Translations under genes and position numbers: made by a program
Notes under the pieces: model-generated
Seen by the model: only the letters and a program-made list of their open reading frames with translations
Database searches by the model: none
What the model was told of the DNA's origin: nothing
Assembly (NCBI GenBank): GCA_041173945.1
Contig: JBEDHS010000037.1
Coordinates: 1-34,711 of the forward strand
Length of the DNA: 34,711 nucleotides
Direction of reading: 5' to 3'
DNA from: Actinomycetota bacterium
GTDB lineage: Bacteria; Actinomycetota; Acidimicrobiia; Acidimicrobiales; Ilumatobacteraceae
In this document: positions 9,093-18,379 of the stretch, in pieces
How positions within the stretch are numbered: position 1 is the first letter of the stretch
How the letters are laid out: every line of letters begins with the position of its first letter

Positions 9093-10673
9093 ATGGGAAC
9101 ACCACTTCGCTCGGTACGCGCAATGACTTCCCTGTTTCAGCGCTGTGGCAACTACCGTAGAAGGTCTGTGAGCGAAGACAACCAAGAACACGCGGGAAGT
9201 GGCCTCGAACTGGAAAAAGCGCGGCGCTTGGCTGACATAGCGGCAATGCGTGAGGCGGGACAGAACCCTTACCCGTATCGATTCGATCGCAGCCACAGCC
9301 TGGGAGAGATTCGTGAGCAACACGAATCGCTTGAACCGGGAACCGAAACGGATCACCACGTTGACGTCGCCGGTCGCATCATGTTGAAGCGCGACCAAGG
9401 AAAATTGATTTTTGCGACCTTGCAAGATCGCACCGCGTCAGTGCAACTTTTCATCTCTCGCGCCGTTGTGGGTGATGAACTTTTCGAGGCGATTGCCGCT
9501 CTCGACCTTGGTGACTGGGTGGGCGTGTCGGGTGTTGTGATGTCAACACGAAAAGGCGAACTCTCGATCAAAGTCTCTGCACTGCAACTGCTCGCAAAAG
9601 CAATTCGACCCATGCCTGACAAGTGGCACGGCCTCACCGACACCGACACCCGATACCGCCAGCGTTATGCCGACCTCATCGGAAACGAAGAATCGCGGCG
9701 CATGTTCGAGGTGCGCCATGCCGTCATCGCTAGTTTCCGTCGCACACTGCACAACGAAGGCTTCATCGAAGTGGAAACCCCGGTATTGCATGTCGAAGCT
9801 GGTGGCGCACACGCTCGACCGTTTATGACACACCACAATGCGCTCGACATGCAGTTGTACCTGCGCATCGCACTCGAGTTACATCTAAAGCGACTGATAG
9901 TCGGCGGTATGGAACGCGTCTACGAAATTGGTCGCGTGTTTCGCAATGAAGGAATTTCAACGCGACACAACCCTGAGTTCACGATGATGGAGCTGTATCA
10001 AGCCTTCGCTGACTACACCGACATCATGAATCTCACCGAGTTGTTAATTACTCGAGCCGCTGTCGATGCAACCGGGTCAAGTGTCGTCACAATCGATAAT
10101 GAACAGGTCGATCTCGCTCAACCGTGGCGACGGGTACGCATGATTGACCTTGTCGCCGAAGCAACAGGGGTAACCGTTCACCCTTCGCAACCTCGCGACG
10201 ACCTCGCCGCGTTAGCCGCAAAACACGGTGTGCGCGTTGAGGCTCACCATGGACCAGGAAAAATTATTGAAGAGCTCTTCGAAGCCACCTGTGAAGATGC
10301 ACTCCGTGCGCCCACATTTGTGACGGGACACCCCGTTGAAATCAGCCCACTTGCTCGCGTCGATAGAAACGATCCGTATCTGACAGAACGATTCGAGCTG
10401 TTCGTGGGTGGACGCGAGTTGGCAAATGCCTATTCGGAATTAAATGACCCGATGGAGCAACGTCTGCGATTCGAAGAAGAGCAAGCACAAAAAGAAGCAG
10501 GCAATGCTGAAGCGGGAACGGTCGATGAGGACTACTTGCGTGCGCTCGAATATGGAATGCCGCCCACTGGCGGACTTGGAATCGGAATAGATCGTCTCGT
10601 CATGTTGATTGGCGGGGCTCATTCAATTCGTGATGTGATTTTGTTCCCCACTCTTCGACCGGAGGTCTTGTAA
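9093..10673 (+). CDS. lysS: lysine--tRNA ligase (class II)
   Basis: NPYPYRF, GKLIFATLQD, FIEVETP, the class II motifs RIALELHLKRLIVGG and FRNEG, and GIGIDRLVM. The start is ambiguous: in-frame ATG at 9093, ATG at 9123 or GTG at 9168. The last gives about 501 aa, similar to the length I recall for mycobacterial LysS. The track ORF from 8733 runs antisense to the lpdA-like gene. Confidence 0.9.
   Translation: MGTPLRSVRAMTSLFQRCGNYRRRSVSEDNQEHAGSGLELEKARRLADIAAMREAGQNPYPYRFDRSHSLGEIREQHESLEPGTETDHHVDVAGRIMLKRDQGKLIFATLQDRTASVQLFISRAVVGDELFEAIAALDLGDWVGVSGVVMSTRKGELSIKVSALQLLAKAIRPMPDKWHGLTDTDTRYRQRYADLIGNEESRRMFEVRHAVIASFRRTLHNEGFIEVETPVLHVEAGGAHARPFMTHHNALDMQLYLRIALELHLKRLIVGGMERVYEIGRVFRNEGISTRHNPEFTMMELYQAFADYTDIMNLTELLITRAAVDATGSSVVTIDNEQVDLAQPWRRVRMIDLVAEATGVTVHPSQPRDDLAALAAKHGVRVEAHHGPGKIIEELFEATCEDALRAPTFVTGHPVEISPLARVDRNDPYLTERFELFVGGRELANAYSELNDPMEQRLRFEEEQAQKEAGNAEAGTVDEDYLRALEYGMPPTGGLGIGIDRLVMLIGGAHSIRDVILFPTLRPEVL
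10661..10665 (+). promoter_or_regulatory. Shine-Dalgarno (GGAGG) for dapD, embedded in the last codons of lysS
   Basis: GGAGG lies 8 nt upstream of the dapD ATG at 10674. The lysS TAA (10671-10673) directly abuts that ATG. Confidence 0.5.
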
Positions 10674-11591
10674 ATGTCAACAACAGCATGGGGAGTGGGT
10701 ATCGCCACTCTCGACACCGACGGCGCAACTTTGGAGGTTCGTTTTCGAGCCTTGGGATTGGGAGAGATGCCACACGATCCCCCCTCACACACCCCCACTC
10801 GCGATACGGATCCTCTTCGTGGCGTGGCATTGCGTCCCGTTGCACTCACTATTGACCTTGCCAGTGCGCCCACGAGCGCAGAAGATGCGTATTTGAGATT
10901 GAACTTGTTGTCGCATCGCTTCGTCAAGCCGCGCACGATCAATCTCGATGGCATGTTCGGAACACTGCAAAACGTGGCGTGGACGTCACGTGGACCTGTT
11001 GCTCTTTCTGCGATCGAATCGGTCACCTGGAATTTTGCACAGCAAGGAGAACACCTCGTTGTTCATGGCGTCGACAAATTCCCACGCATGACCGACTATG
11101 TCATTCCCTCTGGAGTCCGTATCGCAGACGCAAGCCGTGTGCGCCTCGGGGCATATCTATCCGAAGGCACCACCGTGATGCACGAAGGTTTCTGCAATTT
11201 CAACGCTGGCACCTTGGGTGCATCGATGGTCGAAGGACGTATCTCTCAAGGTGTCATCGTCGGAGACGGCTCAGACATTGGTGGCGGTGCCTCGATTATG
11301 GGAACCCTGTCTGGCGGTGGAAAAGAGATGGTCTCCATTGGAGAGCGGTGTTTATTGGGAGCCAATGCAGGCCTAGGTATCAGCCTTGGCGATGATTGCA
11401 TCGTTGAAGCTGGTCTCTATGTCACTGCAGGAACAGTGGTGATTGACCCTGCAGGAAACCCTGTGAAAGCAAAGCAGTTGTCTGGCCAATCGGGGTTGCT
11501 GTATCGACGCAATTCACTCACTGGAGCAGTCGAAGTCATCTCTCGTACGGGTTCCTGGGGTGGCTTAAACGCTGATTTGCACAAGAATTAG
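10674..11591 (+). CDS. dapD: 2,3,4,5-tetrahydropyridine-2,6-dicarboxylate N-succinyltransferase (actinobacterial type)
   Basis: AYLRLNLLSHRFVKP...FPRMTDYVIPSGVRIADASRVRLGAYL, followed by hexapeptide repeats, as in mycobacterial DapD. Confidence 0.9.
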   Translation: MSTTAWGVGIATLDTDGATLEVRFRALGLGEMPHDPPSHTPTRDTDPLRGVALRPVALTIDLASAPTSAEDAYLRLNLLSHRFVKPRTINLDGMFGTLQNVAWTSRGPVALSAIESVTWNFAQQGEHLVVHGVDKFPRMTDYVIPSGVRIADASRVRLGAYLSEGTTVMHEGFCNFNAGTLGASMVEGRISQGVIVGDGSDIGGGASIMGTLSGGGKEMVSIGERCLLGANAGLGISLGDDCIVEAGLYVTAGTVVIDPAGNPVKAKQLSGQSGLLYRRNSLTGAVEVISRTGSWGGLNADLHKN

Positions 11592-11594
11592 TTC

Positions 11595-12149
11595 ATGTCC
11601 GCATCAGAAATCGAACGCATCATTCATTCGCGCATCAGCGCGATGACAATCGATCGAGGCGCACCCGTTGATGAAGAGATCATTGTTCGCTTGACACACG
11701 CCGCACAAGCAGCCCCCAACCATCGCAAGACACGTCCCTTACGTATCGCAGTTCTCCAAGACAATGCTCGGGCGGCATTTGGCGAAGCCGTAGCAGACAC
11801 GATGCAGAACAACGGCGACGACGCAGCAAAGATCGAAAAAACACGCACCAAATATCTCCGTGCACCTGTTGTCATGGTTGTCGCCTCAGCACAGGGCGCA
11901 TCAGAGTTAGAAACCACTGAAAACACATTCGCGGTTGCAGCGGGTATTCAGAACATGTTGCTACTCATTGAATCGCTCGGGATGACCGCGTTGTGGAGCA
12001 CGCCGGCTAAAGGAACACAGCACACGATGACACGCTTTTGTGGTTTTGACCCGACTGACCAAGTCATCGGGATCATTTATTTGGGCTGGGGCACTCGCGA
12101 ACCTGTCGCGCGCGAACGTCCCGAACCAGTGGTGAAGTGGCTGCGTTAA
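11595..12149 (+). CDS. nitroreductase family protein
   Basis: 184 aa. AAQAAPNHRKTRPLRIAVL and a C-terminal IGIIYLGW, typical of the nitroreductase fold. Starts 3 nt after the dapD stop. Confidence 0.75.
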   Translation: MSASEIERIIHSRISAMTIDRGAPVDEEIIVRLTHAAQAAPNHRKTRPLRIAVLQDNARAAFGEAVADTMQNNGDDAAKIEKTRTKYLRAPVVMVVASAQGASELETTENTFAVAAGIQNMLLLIESLGMTALWSTPAKGTQHTMTRFCGFDPTDQVIGIIYLGWGTREPVARERPEPVVKWLR

Positions 12150-12153
12150 CGGT

Positions 12154-13737
12154 TTAGCGACCTGGCTGATAGGTGCCGAACACGTCACGCAATGCGTCAC
12201 TGACTTCTCCCAAAGTGGCATGGGCACGCAATGCCTCTTTCATTGGAAGTAGCAAGTTCTCGGTACCACGAGCAGCATTCCGCACGTTCTGCAATGCTGC
12301 TTGCACCGCTTCATGATTGCGATTTTCTTTGAACGCCTTCAAGCGCGCAAGTTGACCTTTGGCCAAACTGGGGTCGATTGGGAAAACATTCGGCTCTGGT
12401 TCGTTGTCCACCGTGAACTTATTGACGCCCACGATGGTGCGCTCATCGTCGTCAATTGACTTGGTGTATTCATAAGCACTTTGTTCAATTTCGTCCATCT
12501 GGAATCCGGCTTCAATGGCATCTACCGCTCCGCCCATCGCATCAATCTTTTCGATGTACTCCCACGCCAATCGCTCCACCTCATCGGTGAGTGATTCCAC
12601 GAAATACGAACCAGCAAGCGGGTCGGGGGTGTCTGCCACGCCACTTTCGTATCCAATAATTTGCTGGGTACGGAGCGCAATCCGCGCTGCTTCTTCTGTG
12701 GGAAGACCAAGCGCCTCGTCATATCCGTTGGTGTGCAAACTTTGCGTTCCGCCCAAAACAGCAGCGAGAGACTGCACCGCAACTCGTACGACGTTATTCA
12801 AAGGCTGTTGTGCGGTGAGAGTGCTGCCTCCGGTTTGAGTGTGGAAGCGGAGTAACTTGCTGCTCTCTTTCTTGGCGCCGAAGCGTTCAGTCATGATTTT
12901 GTGCCACATGCGTCGGCTTGCGCGGAATTTTGCGACCTCTTCAAAGAAGTTGTTGTGACCGTTCCAGAAGAACGACAAACGTGGTGCGAAATCATCCACG
13001 TCCAATCCCGCATCAACGGCTGCTTGAACATAGGCGATGGCGTTAGCGAGTGTGAATGCGATTTCTTGTACTGCAGTACTTCCCGCTTCTCGAATGTGAT
13101 ACCCAGAGATTGAAATCGTGTTCCACTTGGGAACATTTTTCGAGCAGTAATCAAAAATGTCGGTAATGATGCGCATCGATGGTCGTGGCGGATACACGTA
13201 TGTTCCGCGCGCAATGTATTCCTTCAGCAAGTCATTTTGAATCGTGCCGCTAATGGCGTTCGCTGGGACTCCTTGTTCTTCAGCGACCAATTCATACATC
13301 AGCAACAAAATTGCAGCGGTCGAGTTAATCGTCATCGAGGTCGACACTTTGTCGAGCGGCAAGTCCTTCAACAACAGACGCATGTCGTCGAGAGAACTAA
13401 TTGCCACTCCCACCTTGCCCACTTCGCCTTCAGCGCGTGGGTGGTCAGAGTCGTATCCCATTTGTGTGGGAAGGTCGAATGCGCATGACAAACCTGTTTG
13501 GCCAGCCTGAAGCAAGAACTTGAAACGCTCGTTGGTCGACTCGGCGGTACCGAAGCCTGCGTATTGGCGCATGGTCCACAATTTTCCGCGGTACATCGTG
13601 GGATAGACACCACGGGTGTAGGGCGCCACGCCCGGTGCACCTAATTTTTCTGATGCACTCCAGTTGGCTAAATCAGCCTCTGAATACAAGGGGGCTATTT
13701 CGATACCTGAATCGGTCCGCTTTGCGTCGTCTGCCAT
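12154..13737 (-). CDS. methylmalonyl-CoA mutase family, large (substrate-binding) subunit without a B12-binding domain
   Basis: [39 protein letters not shown] and [32 protein letters not shown]. Ends after the TIM-barrel domain. I place the start at ATG 13737 (MADDAKR...); the track start at 13827 is a TTG that overlaps ridA. Confidence 0.9.
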   Translation of the reverse strand: MADDAKRTDSGIEIAPLYSEADLANWSASEKLGAPGVAPYTRGVYPTMYRGKLWTMRQYAGFGTAESTNERFKFLLQAGQTGLSCAFDLPTQMGYDSDHPRAEGEVGKVGVAISSLDDMRLLLKDLPLDKVSTSMTINSTAAILLLMYELVAEEQGVPANAISGTIQNDLLKEYIARGTYVYPPRPSMRIITDIFDYCSKNVPKWNTISISGYHIREAGSTAVQEIAFTLANAIAYVQAAVDAGLDVDDFAPRLSFFWNGHNNFFEEVAKFRASRRMWHKIMTERFGAKKESSKLLRFHTQTGGSTLTAQQPLNNVVRVAVQSLAAVLGGTQSLHTNGYDEALGLPTEEAARIALRTQQIIGYESGVADTPDPLAGSYFVESLTDEVERLAWEYIEKIDAMGGAVDAIEAGFQMDEIEQSAYEYTKSIDDDERTIVGVNKFTVDNEPEPNVFPIDPSLAKGQLARLKAFKENRNHEAVQAALQNVRNAARGTENLLLPMKEALRAHATLGEVSDALRDVFGTYQPGR

Positions 13738-13813
13738 AGGTGTCAATGGTACGAGCGCAGAGCCAATCGCCCCTAATGGAGAGGATTTCGCGACCTTTCC
13801 GGGGTCTGCCTCG

Positions 13814-14221
13814 CTACGAGGCCGCAACCAGGCTGATTTCCATCAGCCATTCTGGTCGTGCGAGAGCTGGCACGGTCACCAACGTGCTGGCCGCCAAATG
13901 GCCCGCCATCACTTCATCGCGCACCGCCATCACGCGAGCGAGGTCATCGGCCAATTGAGGCGACGCCACCACATATGTCGTCACGCTGGCAATGTGCGTC
14001 ACCGACAAGCCCACAGATCGAAGGATTTCCAGCAAATTTGCCCAGACCACGCGTGCTTGACCCTCAATGGAGGCCGGCACGGTGCCATCAGGCATTGTCG
14101 GCACCACGCCCGAGGTGAAAACAAGGCTTTGTGCGCCCTCGACCTTGACCGCGTGGGCATATTTGGCCGCTGGCGACGCCATGTGTGCTGGACGAATTTC
14201 ACTGATTCCCATACTGGCCAT
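13814..14221 (-). CDS. RidA/YjgF family reactive-intermediate deaminase
   Basis: 135 aa. [24 protein letters not shown]...[17 protein letters not shown] is typical of RidA. Confidence 0.85.
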   Translation of the reverse strand: MASMGISEIRPAHMASPAAKYAHAVKVEGAQSLVFTSGVVPTMPDGTVPASIEGQARVVWANLLEILRSVGLSVTHIASVTTYVVASPQLADDLARVMAVRDEVMAGHLAASTLVTVPALARPEWLMEISLVAAS

Positions 14222-14228
14222 TCTGTCC

Positions 14229-14234
14229 TATTGT
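14229..14234 (+). promoter_or_regulatory. candidate -10 box (TATTGT) 6 nt upstream of the aldolase ATG, possibly leaderless
   Basis: Fits TANNNT. It lies in the 19-bp gap between the divergent ridA and aldolase start codons. Confidence 0.3.
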
Positions 14235-14240
14235 GAAGAC

Positions 14241-15077
14241 ATGACCATCACGCCAGACGCACCCGTGACCAATCCATCCACAATTGACGGCATCCCTTTG
14301 ACTCCCAAAGATGTCACCACGTTGTACATGGAAGAACTTGCTCCAAAGCCCACGATGGCTGAAGAGCGACTGCGTCGGAAGCAAAAACTGGCAGGCGCAC
14401 TGCGTATCTTTGGCCGATTTGGTTTCGGTGAAGGTGTCGCTGGACACATCACCGTGCGTGATCCTGAATTCCCCGACCACTTCTGGGTGAACCCACTCGG
14501 ACTGTCATTTCGTCATATGACCGTGTCTGATTTGTTGCTGGTGAACCACCACGGAGAAGTCGTCATCGGCAAGCACAGCGTGAATCGTGCCGCCTATGTT
14601 CTGCATGCTGCCGTACACGCCGCGCGTCCCGATGTTGTTGCAGCAGCACACGCACACTCTGTCTACGGCAAAGCTTTTAGTGCGTTGGGAATTCCTCTTG
14701 ACCCCATCACCCAAGATGCGTGTGCCTTTTATGAATGCAACACGGTGATTAGCGAACATGGCGGCGCCGTAGTGTTCGAAGAATCCGCAGGCCGCGATTT
14801 TGCTGAAGCGTTCGGAAACAATCGCGCAGCGATCCATCAAAACCATGGCCACTTCACCGTGGGCTCCACCATTGATGAAGCAGTGTTCTGGTATGTCTGT
14901 TTCGAACGATGCGCACAAGCTCAACTTGCTGCAATGGCTGCAGGAACTCCGAAGATGATTCCGCACGAAAGCGCTGTCTACACACGCGAGAATGCAGGTA
15001 ACCCCATCAGCGGCTGGATGCACTTTCAGCCACTGTGGCAGGAAATCTGCCGCACAGATCCTGATTTGTTCAACTAA
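14241..15077 (+). CDS. class II aldolase/adducin family protein
   Basis: GHITVRDPEFPDHFWVNPLG...HAAVHAARPDVVAAAHAHS...HQNHGHFTVG. I place the start at ATG 14241 (MTITPD...). The track extension from 14067 runs antisense to ridA. Confidence 0.85.
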   Translation: MTITPDAPVTNPSTIDGIPLTPKDVTTLYMEELAPKPTMAEERLRRKQKLAGALRIFGRFGFGEGVAGHITVRDPEFPDHFWVNPLGLSFRHMTVSDLLLVNHHGEVVIGKHSVNRAAYVLHAAVHAARPDVVAAAHAHSVYGKAFSALGIPLDPITQDACAFYECNTVISEHGGAVVFEESAGRDFAEAFGNNRAAIHQNHGHFTVGSTIDEAVFWYVCFERCAQAQLAAMAAGTPKMIPHESAVYTRENAGNPISGWMHFQPLWQEICRTDPDLFN

Positions 15078-15092
15078 GAAATTGAGGCTTTC

Positions 15093-15989
15093 GTGACCCT
15101 TCGCCAGAAGGTGTCAGCCGACAAAATTTTTGACGTTGCTCCACCGGAGTTGTTTTTTGTCTTATCGGCTGCCGCCCAATACACCGGCGCAGTCATTGCT
15201 GTTGGTCTATTTGACGAACTCTCCCCTGCCACTGTTGCATGGCTTCGCGTTCTCAGTGCCGGCATCATCATCACGGCATTGTCGTGGCGTCATTTCACAC
15301 CGCGCTGGACTCGTCAAGATTTTGTCGCCGCGGCGGCTTTCGGCGTGTCGACGTCGTTAATGAATCTGTTTTTTTATTTGGCCATCGACCGGCTACCACT
15401 GGGCAAAGGCGTCACGATTGAATTCATCGGACCAATTGCGGTTGCTGCATTACGGACACGAACATCACGCAACACCGTCGCGTTGTTATGTGCTGCTGTT
15501 GGCGTCGTCGTTCTTGGTGGTGTCGAAATTGGCAACGAGCCACTTGGGCTTGTCTTTATTCTGCTGGCATCGGTGATGTGGGCGGGCTACATCGTGATCG
15601 GCTCTCGCGTGGCCATGGCAGATCGCGGCATTGCCGGCCTTGGAGTGGGACTCATCATCGGCGGTCTTGTCATCACACCATTTGCCTCATCAGACGCTGG
15701 TGTTGCTTTTTCACATATCGACATATTTTTTGCTGCCGTGTTGGTGGGAGTTTTATCGAACGCAATTGGATATGGAATCGATCAATCGACGTTGCGCAGG
15801 ATTCCCGTGCGACGTTTTTCCGTACTCTTGGCACTTCTTCCCGTGTGTGCTGCAATCTTTGGTTTTCTGTTTCTCGACCAAACTCCAACATCGGTTGATC
15901 TTGTTGGAATGGCCCTTGTATTAATAGGTGTTGGTATACAAGAGCGAGACACGATAGAGCGACGCCACTTAGAGGTTGAAAACATCTAG
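15093..15989 (+). CDS. EamA/DMT-family transporter (RhtA-like)
   Basis: About 10 hydrophobic segments and a two-EamA-repeat layout. GTG start. Confidence 0.8.
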   Translation: MTLRQKVSADKIFDVAPPELFFVLSAAAQYTGAVIAVGLFDELSPATVAWLRVLSAGIIITALSWRHFTPRWTRQDFVAAAAFGVSTSLMNLFFYLAIDRLPLGKGVTIEFIGPIAVAALRTRTSRNTVALLCAAVGVVVLGGVEIGNEPLGLVFILLASVMWAGYIVIGSRVAMADRGIAGLGVGLIIGGLVITPFASSDAGVAFSHIDIFFAAVLVGVLSNAIGYGIDQSTLRRIPVRRFSVLLALLPVCAAIFGFLFLDQTPTSVDLVGMALVLIGVGIQERDTIERRHLEVENI

Positions 15990-15999
15990 CGTTGTAGCC

Positions 16000-18375
16000 A
16001 TGTTTGTGCCACGCAAGATTCGTGCGATTGTGATGTCGTTCGTTGTGTGTGCAACCATGCTCGTTGTTCCTTCAGCTCTTGAAACCCCTGATCGAGCATC
16101 TGCAGAGTCACTGCCGCCGGCTGGCATCGTCATTCGTGGACACGGAAACGGCCACGGACGAGGAATGAGCCAATACGGCGCTTACGCGTGGGCCACCGGA
16201 TGGCCCGGGCAATCTCCTCTTAATTGGGATGCGATCTTGGACTTCTATTACGGCGGTGGCGGACGCACTGTGGCTCAAGTCCCTGGCGGAGAGAGTGTGA
16301 TGTCGACTCGTTTAACCGTGCACGACGGCCGCCAGACCGCGGTTGTCTCCGATACACCAACCTTGTCATGGGGTGCATTCGGTGGTTATTCGTCAATGAT
16401 TGCTCGCCCCGTCGGTCGCAATGTCTACGACGTGTATGCATCAAATGCTGTTTCGTGTGGTTCAACTACAGGAACCCCATCGGGGTTCACGTTGATCGCA
16501 AGTCGCGCAACAGGTCCAATTGATTTCACAACAGCGAATAGTCAAAATCCCGCAGCTGCAAATCCAAGTGATCTTGTTGGAGTCTGTGAAGTGGGATCGC
16601 CCACTCGAATTCGTTACTACCGCGGGATAGTTCGTGCAACCAATGATGCGAACGGCGCATACCGAACCGTGAATCGCGTCGGAACAGAGTCGTACTTGCG
16701 CGGTGTTGTTCCTCGTGAATCTCCCGCCTCTTGGGCAGATTCTGCCGGTGGAGCGGGAATTAATGCACTAAGGGCTCAAGCCGTTGCCGCTCGTTCTTAT
16801 GCCTTGTCGGAATCTCGCTACTCATTTGCAAAGACCTGCGACAGTCAGGATTGCCAGGTCTATGGCGGTGCAGCATTGCGTAATTTTGGGTCATCGTCAG
16901 TCACAGTCTTGGAGGATCCACGAAGTGATAGAGCGGTCAGCGACACGGCGAACTTCGTGATTCAAAATTCAAATGGCACACCAACACGCACCGAGTACAC
17001 CTCATCAAATGGCGGCCGCACAGCTGGTGGCACATTCCCTGCAAAAGCAGACCCTGGCGACATTGCAGCAGATGCAGACAGACAATCATGGACACGCATA
17101 GTTTCCGCGAGTGCGATTCAGTTGAAATACCCCGAGATTGGCGTCTTGCTTGACGTGTCAACACGCCACGATGGTCTGGGTGGCAACTACGGCGGATACA
17201 CCACAGAGGTCATCATCACAGGTACGGCCGCAACTAAAAAACTGACCGGATGGGCCTTTAAATCTGCTTTCGACTTGCCCGCTCCCTGGTACGGAATCTC
17301 CCACATCGCCACAGGCAACCCAGCCGACGCACCGGTCGGGTCAATTTTGTATGTCGGCGACTCTGTCGGTGAAGGAATCACAACTCACTTTCAAACAGCG
17401 GTTGTGCCCGCGTATCCCGATGTGAATTACCAAGCGTGCGTTGGGCGCGGAATGGCGGGTGCGGGCTGCATGAACCCCGTCCAAACAGCAAGCCTGAATC
17501 TTGATGGTGTCGGCGTGGTGAATGCAACAACGACTCCTGCGGTGGCAATCGTTCAATTGGGATACAACGACGATCCGGCCACCTTTTCCACTGAAGTCCA
17601 AGAAATGATGTCCGCTCTGATGTCAAAATCGGTACAGCGAATCATTTTTGTCAATATGTCAACTCGATCCGCTACCCGTGACTATGCACGCTCAAATCAA
17701 GTGCTGACATCATTAGCTGCCAGTAATCCCAACGTCACTGTTTTTGATTGGAACAGTTATAGCGGCGCTCCAGAGAGATGGCGTTGGTTCAATAGTGATG
17801 GGGTGCATCTGAACCTCTCGGGTCAGCCCGAGTTTGCACTATTCCTTCGTGCACAACTCGATGCACTTCGTTCACAAAATTTGCTTCCCGTTTCGGCTTC
17901 ATCATCACATGTCGTCTTTGGGCTCCCGCTTGCGCAAAATAATCGCGGCCGCATGGTTGTCTCCGTGCAGCGACGCCTCAACACTGTGTTGAAATTGAAA
18001 GGGTCAAGAAGACTTCCGACCCAAGGAATCTATGGACCATCAACCACCCGAAATGTGAAGAGATTCCAAAGGCGAGTTGGCCTCCCCGCCACTGGAAAAG
18101 TAGACCGAGCAACCTGGGATGCACTGGGTCTTGGGCGTCGAAAGAGTGCGGCAGTGCTGTCGATGGGTACCCGAAATTCCGCAGTGAAATCTGTACAGCG
18201 TTCACTTGCCAGAGTCCTCAAGAAGAAAATTCGTGTCACTGGGGTGTATGACCGAACACTGGTTAATCACGTCAAGACGTATCAGCGTCGAGCCAAAATA
18301 AAAGCAACGGGCACTGTGAACTACGAAACCTGGACTTCATTGATGATGTCCGTAGCGCGATTGTCACGCAGATAG
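16000..18375 (+). CDS. multidomain cell-wall enzyme: SpoIID/LytB domain + SGNH/GDSL hydrolase domain + two PG_binding_1 repeats
   Basis: Signal anchor. SpoIID-like region: GHGNGHGRGMSQYGA...ESYLRGVVPRESPASW...ALRAQAVAARSYAL...CDSQDCQVYGG. SGNH blocks: GDS (17356-17364), LGYNDD and SDGVHL. Two repeats of the type VKRFQRRVGLPATGKVDRATWDAL and VKTYQRRAKIKATGTVNYETW. Start at ATG 16000. Confidence 0.85.
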   Translation: MFVPRKIRAIVMSFVVCATMLVVPSALETPDRASAESLPPAGIVIRGHGNGHGRGMSQYGAYAWATGWPGQSPLNWDAILDFYYGGGGRTVAQVPGGESVMSTRLTVHDGRQTAVVSDTPTLSWGAFGGYSSMIARPVGRNVYDVYASNAVSCGSTTGTPSGFTLIASRATGPIDFTTANSQNPAAANPSDLVGVCEVGSPTRIRYYRGIVRATNDANGAYRTVNRVGTESYLRGVVPRESPASWADSAGGAGINALRAQAVAARSYALSESRYSFAKTCDSQDCQVYGGAALRNFGSSSVTVLEDPRSDRAVSDTANFVIQNSNGTPTRTEYTSSNGGRTAGGTFPAKADPGDIAADADRQSWTRIVSASAIQLKYPEIGVLLDVSTRHDGLGGNYGGYTTEVIITGTAATKKLTGWAFKSAFDLPAPWYGISHIATGNPADAPVGSILYVGDSVGEGITTHFQTAVVPAYPDVNYQACVGRGMAGAGCMNPVQTASLNLDGVGVVNATTTPAVAIVQLGYNDDPATFSTEVQEMMSALMSKSVQRIIFVNMSTRSATRDYARSNQVLTSLAASNPNVTVFDWNSYSGAPERWRWFNSDGVHLNLSGQPEFALFLRAQLDALRSQNLLPVSASSSHVVFGLPLAQNNRGRMVVSVQRRLNTVLKLKGSRRLPTQGIYGPSTTRNVKRFQRRVGLPATGKVDRATWDALGLGRRKSAAVLSMGTRNSAVKSVQRSLARVLKKKIRVTGVYDRTLVNHVKTYQRRAKIKATGTVNYETWTSLMMSVARLSRR

Positions 18376-18379
18376 ATAG

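Noticed and set aside
9059-9167. A possible riboswitch or leader upstream of lysS. Likewise a possible B12 element in the 13738-13813 region upstream of the mutase gene.
   Set aside because: The regions are short and I could not recognise conserved L-box, T-box or cobalamin-riboswitch cores or stable structures. The lysS region may partly be coding, depending on the true start.
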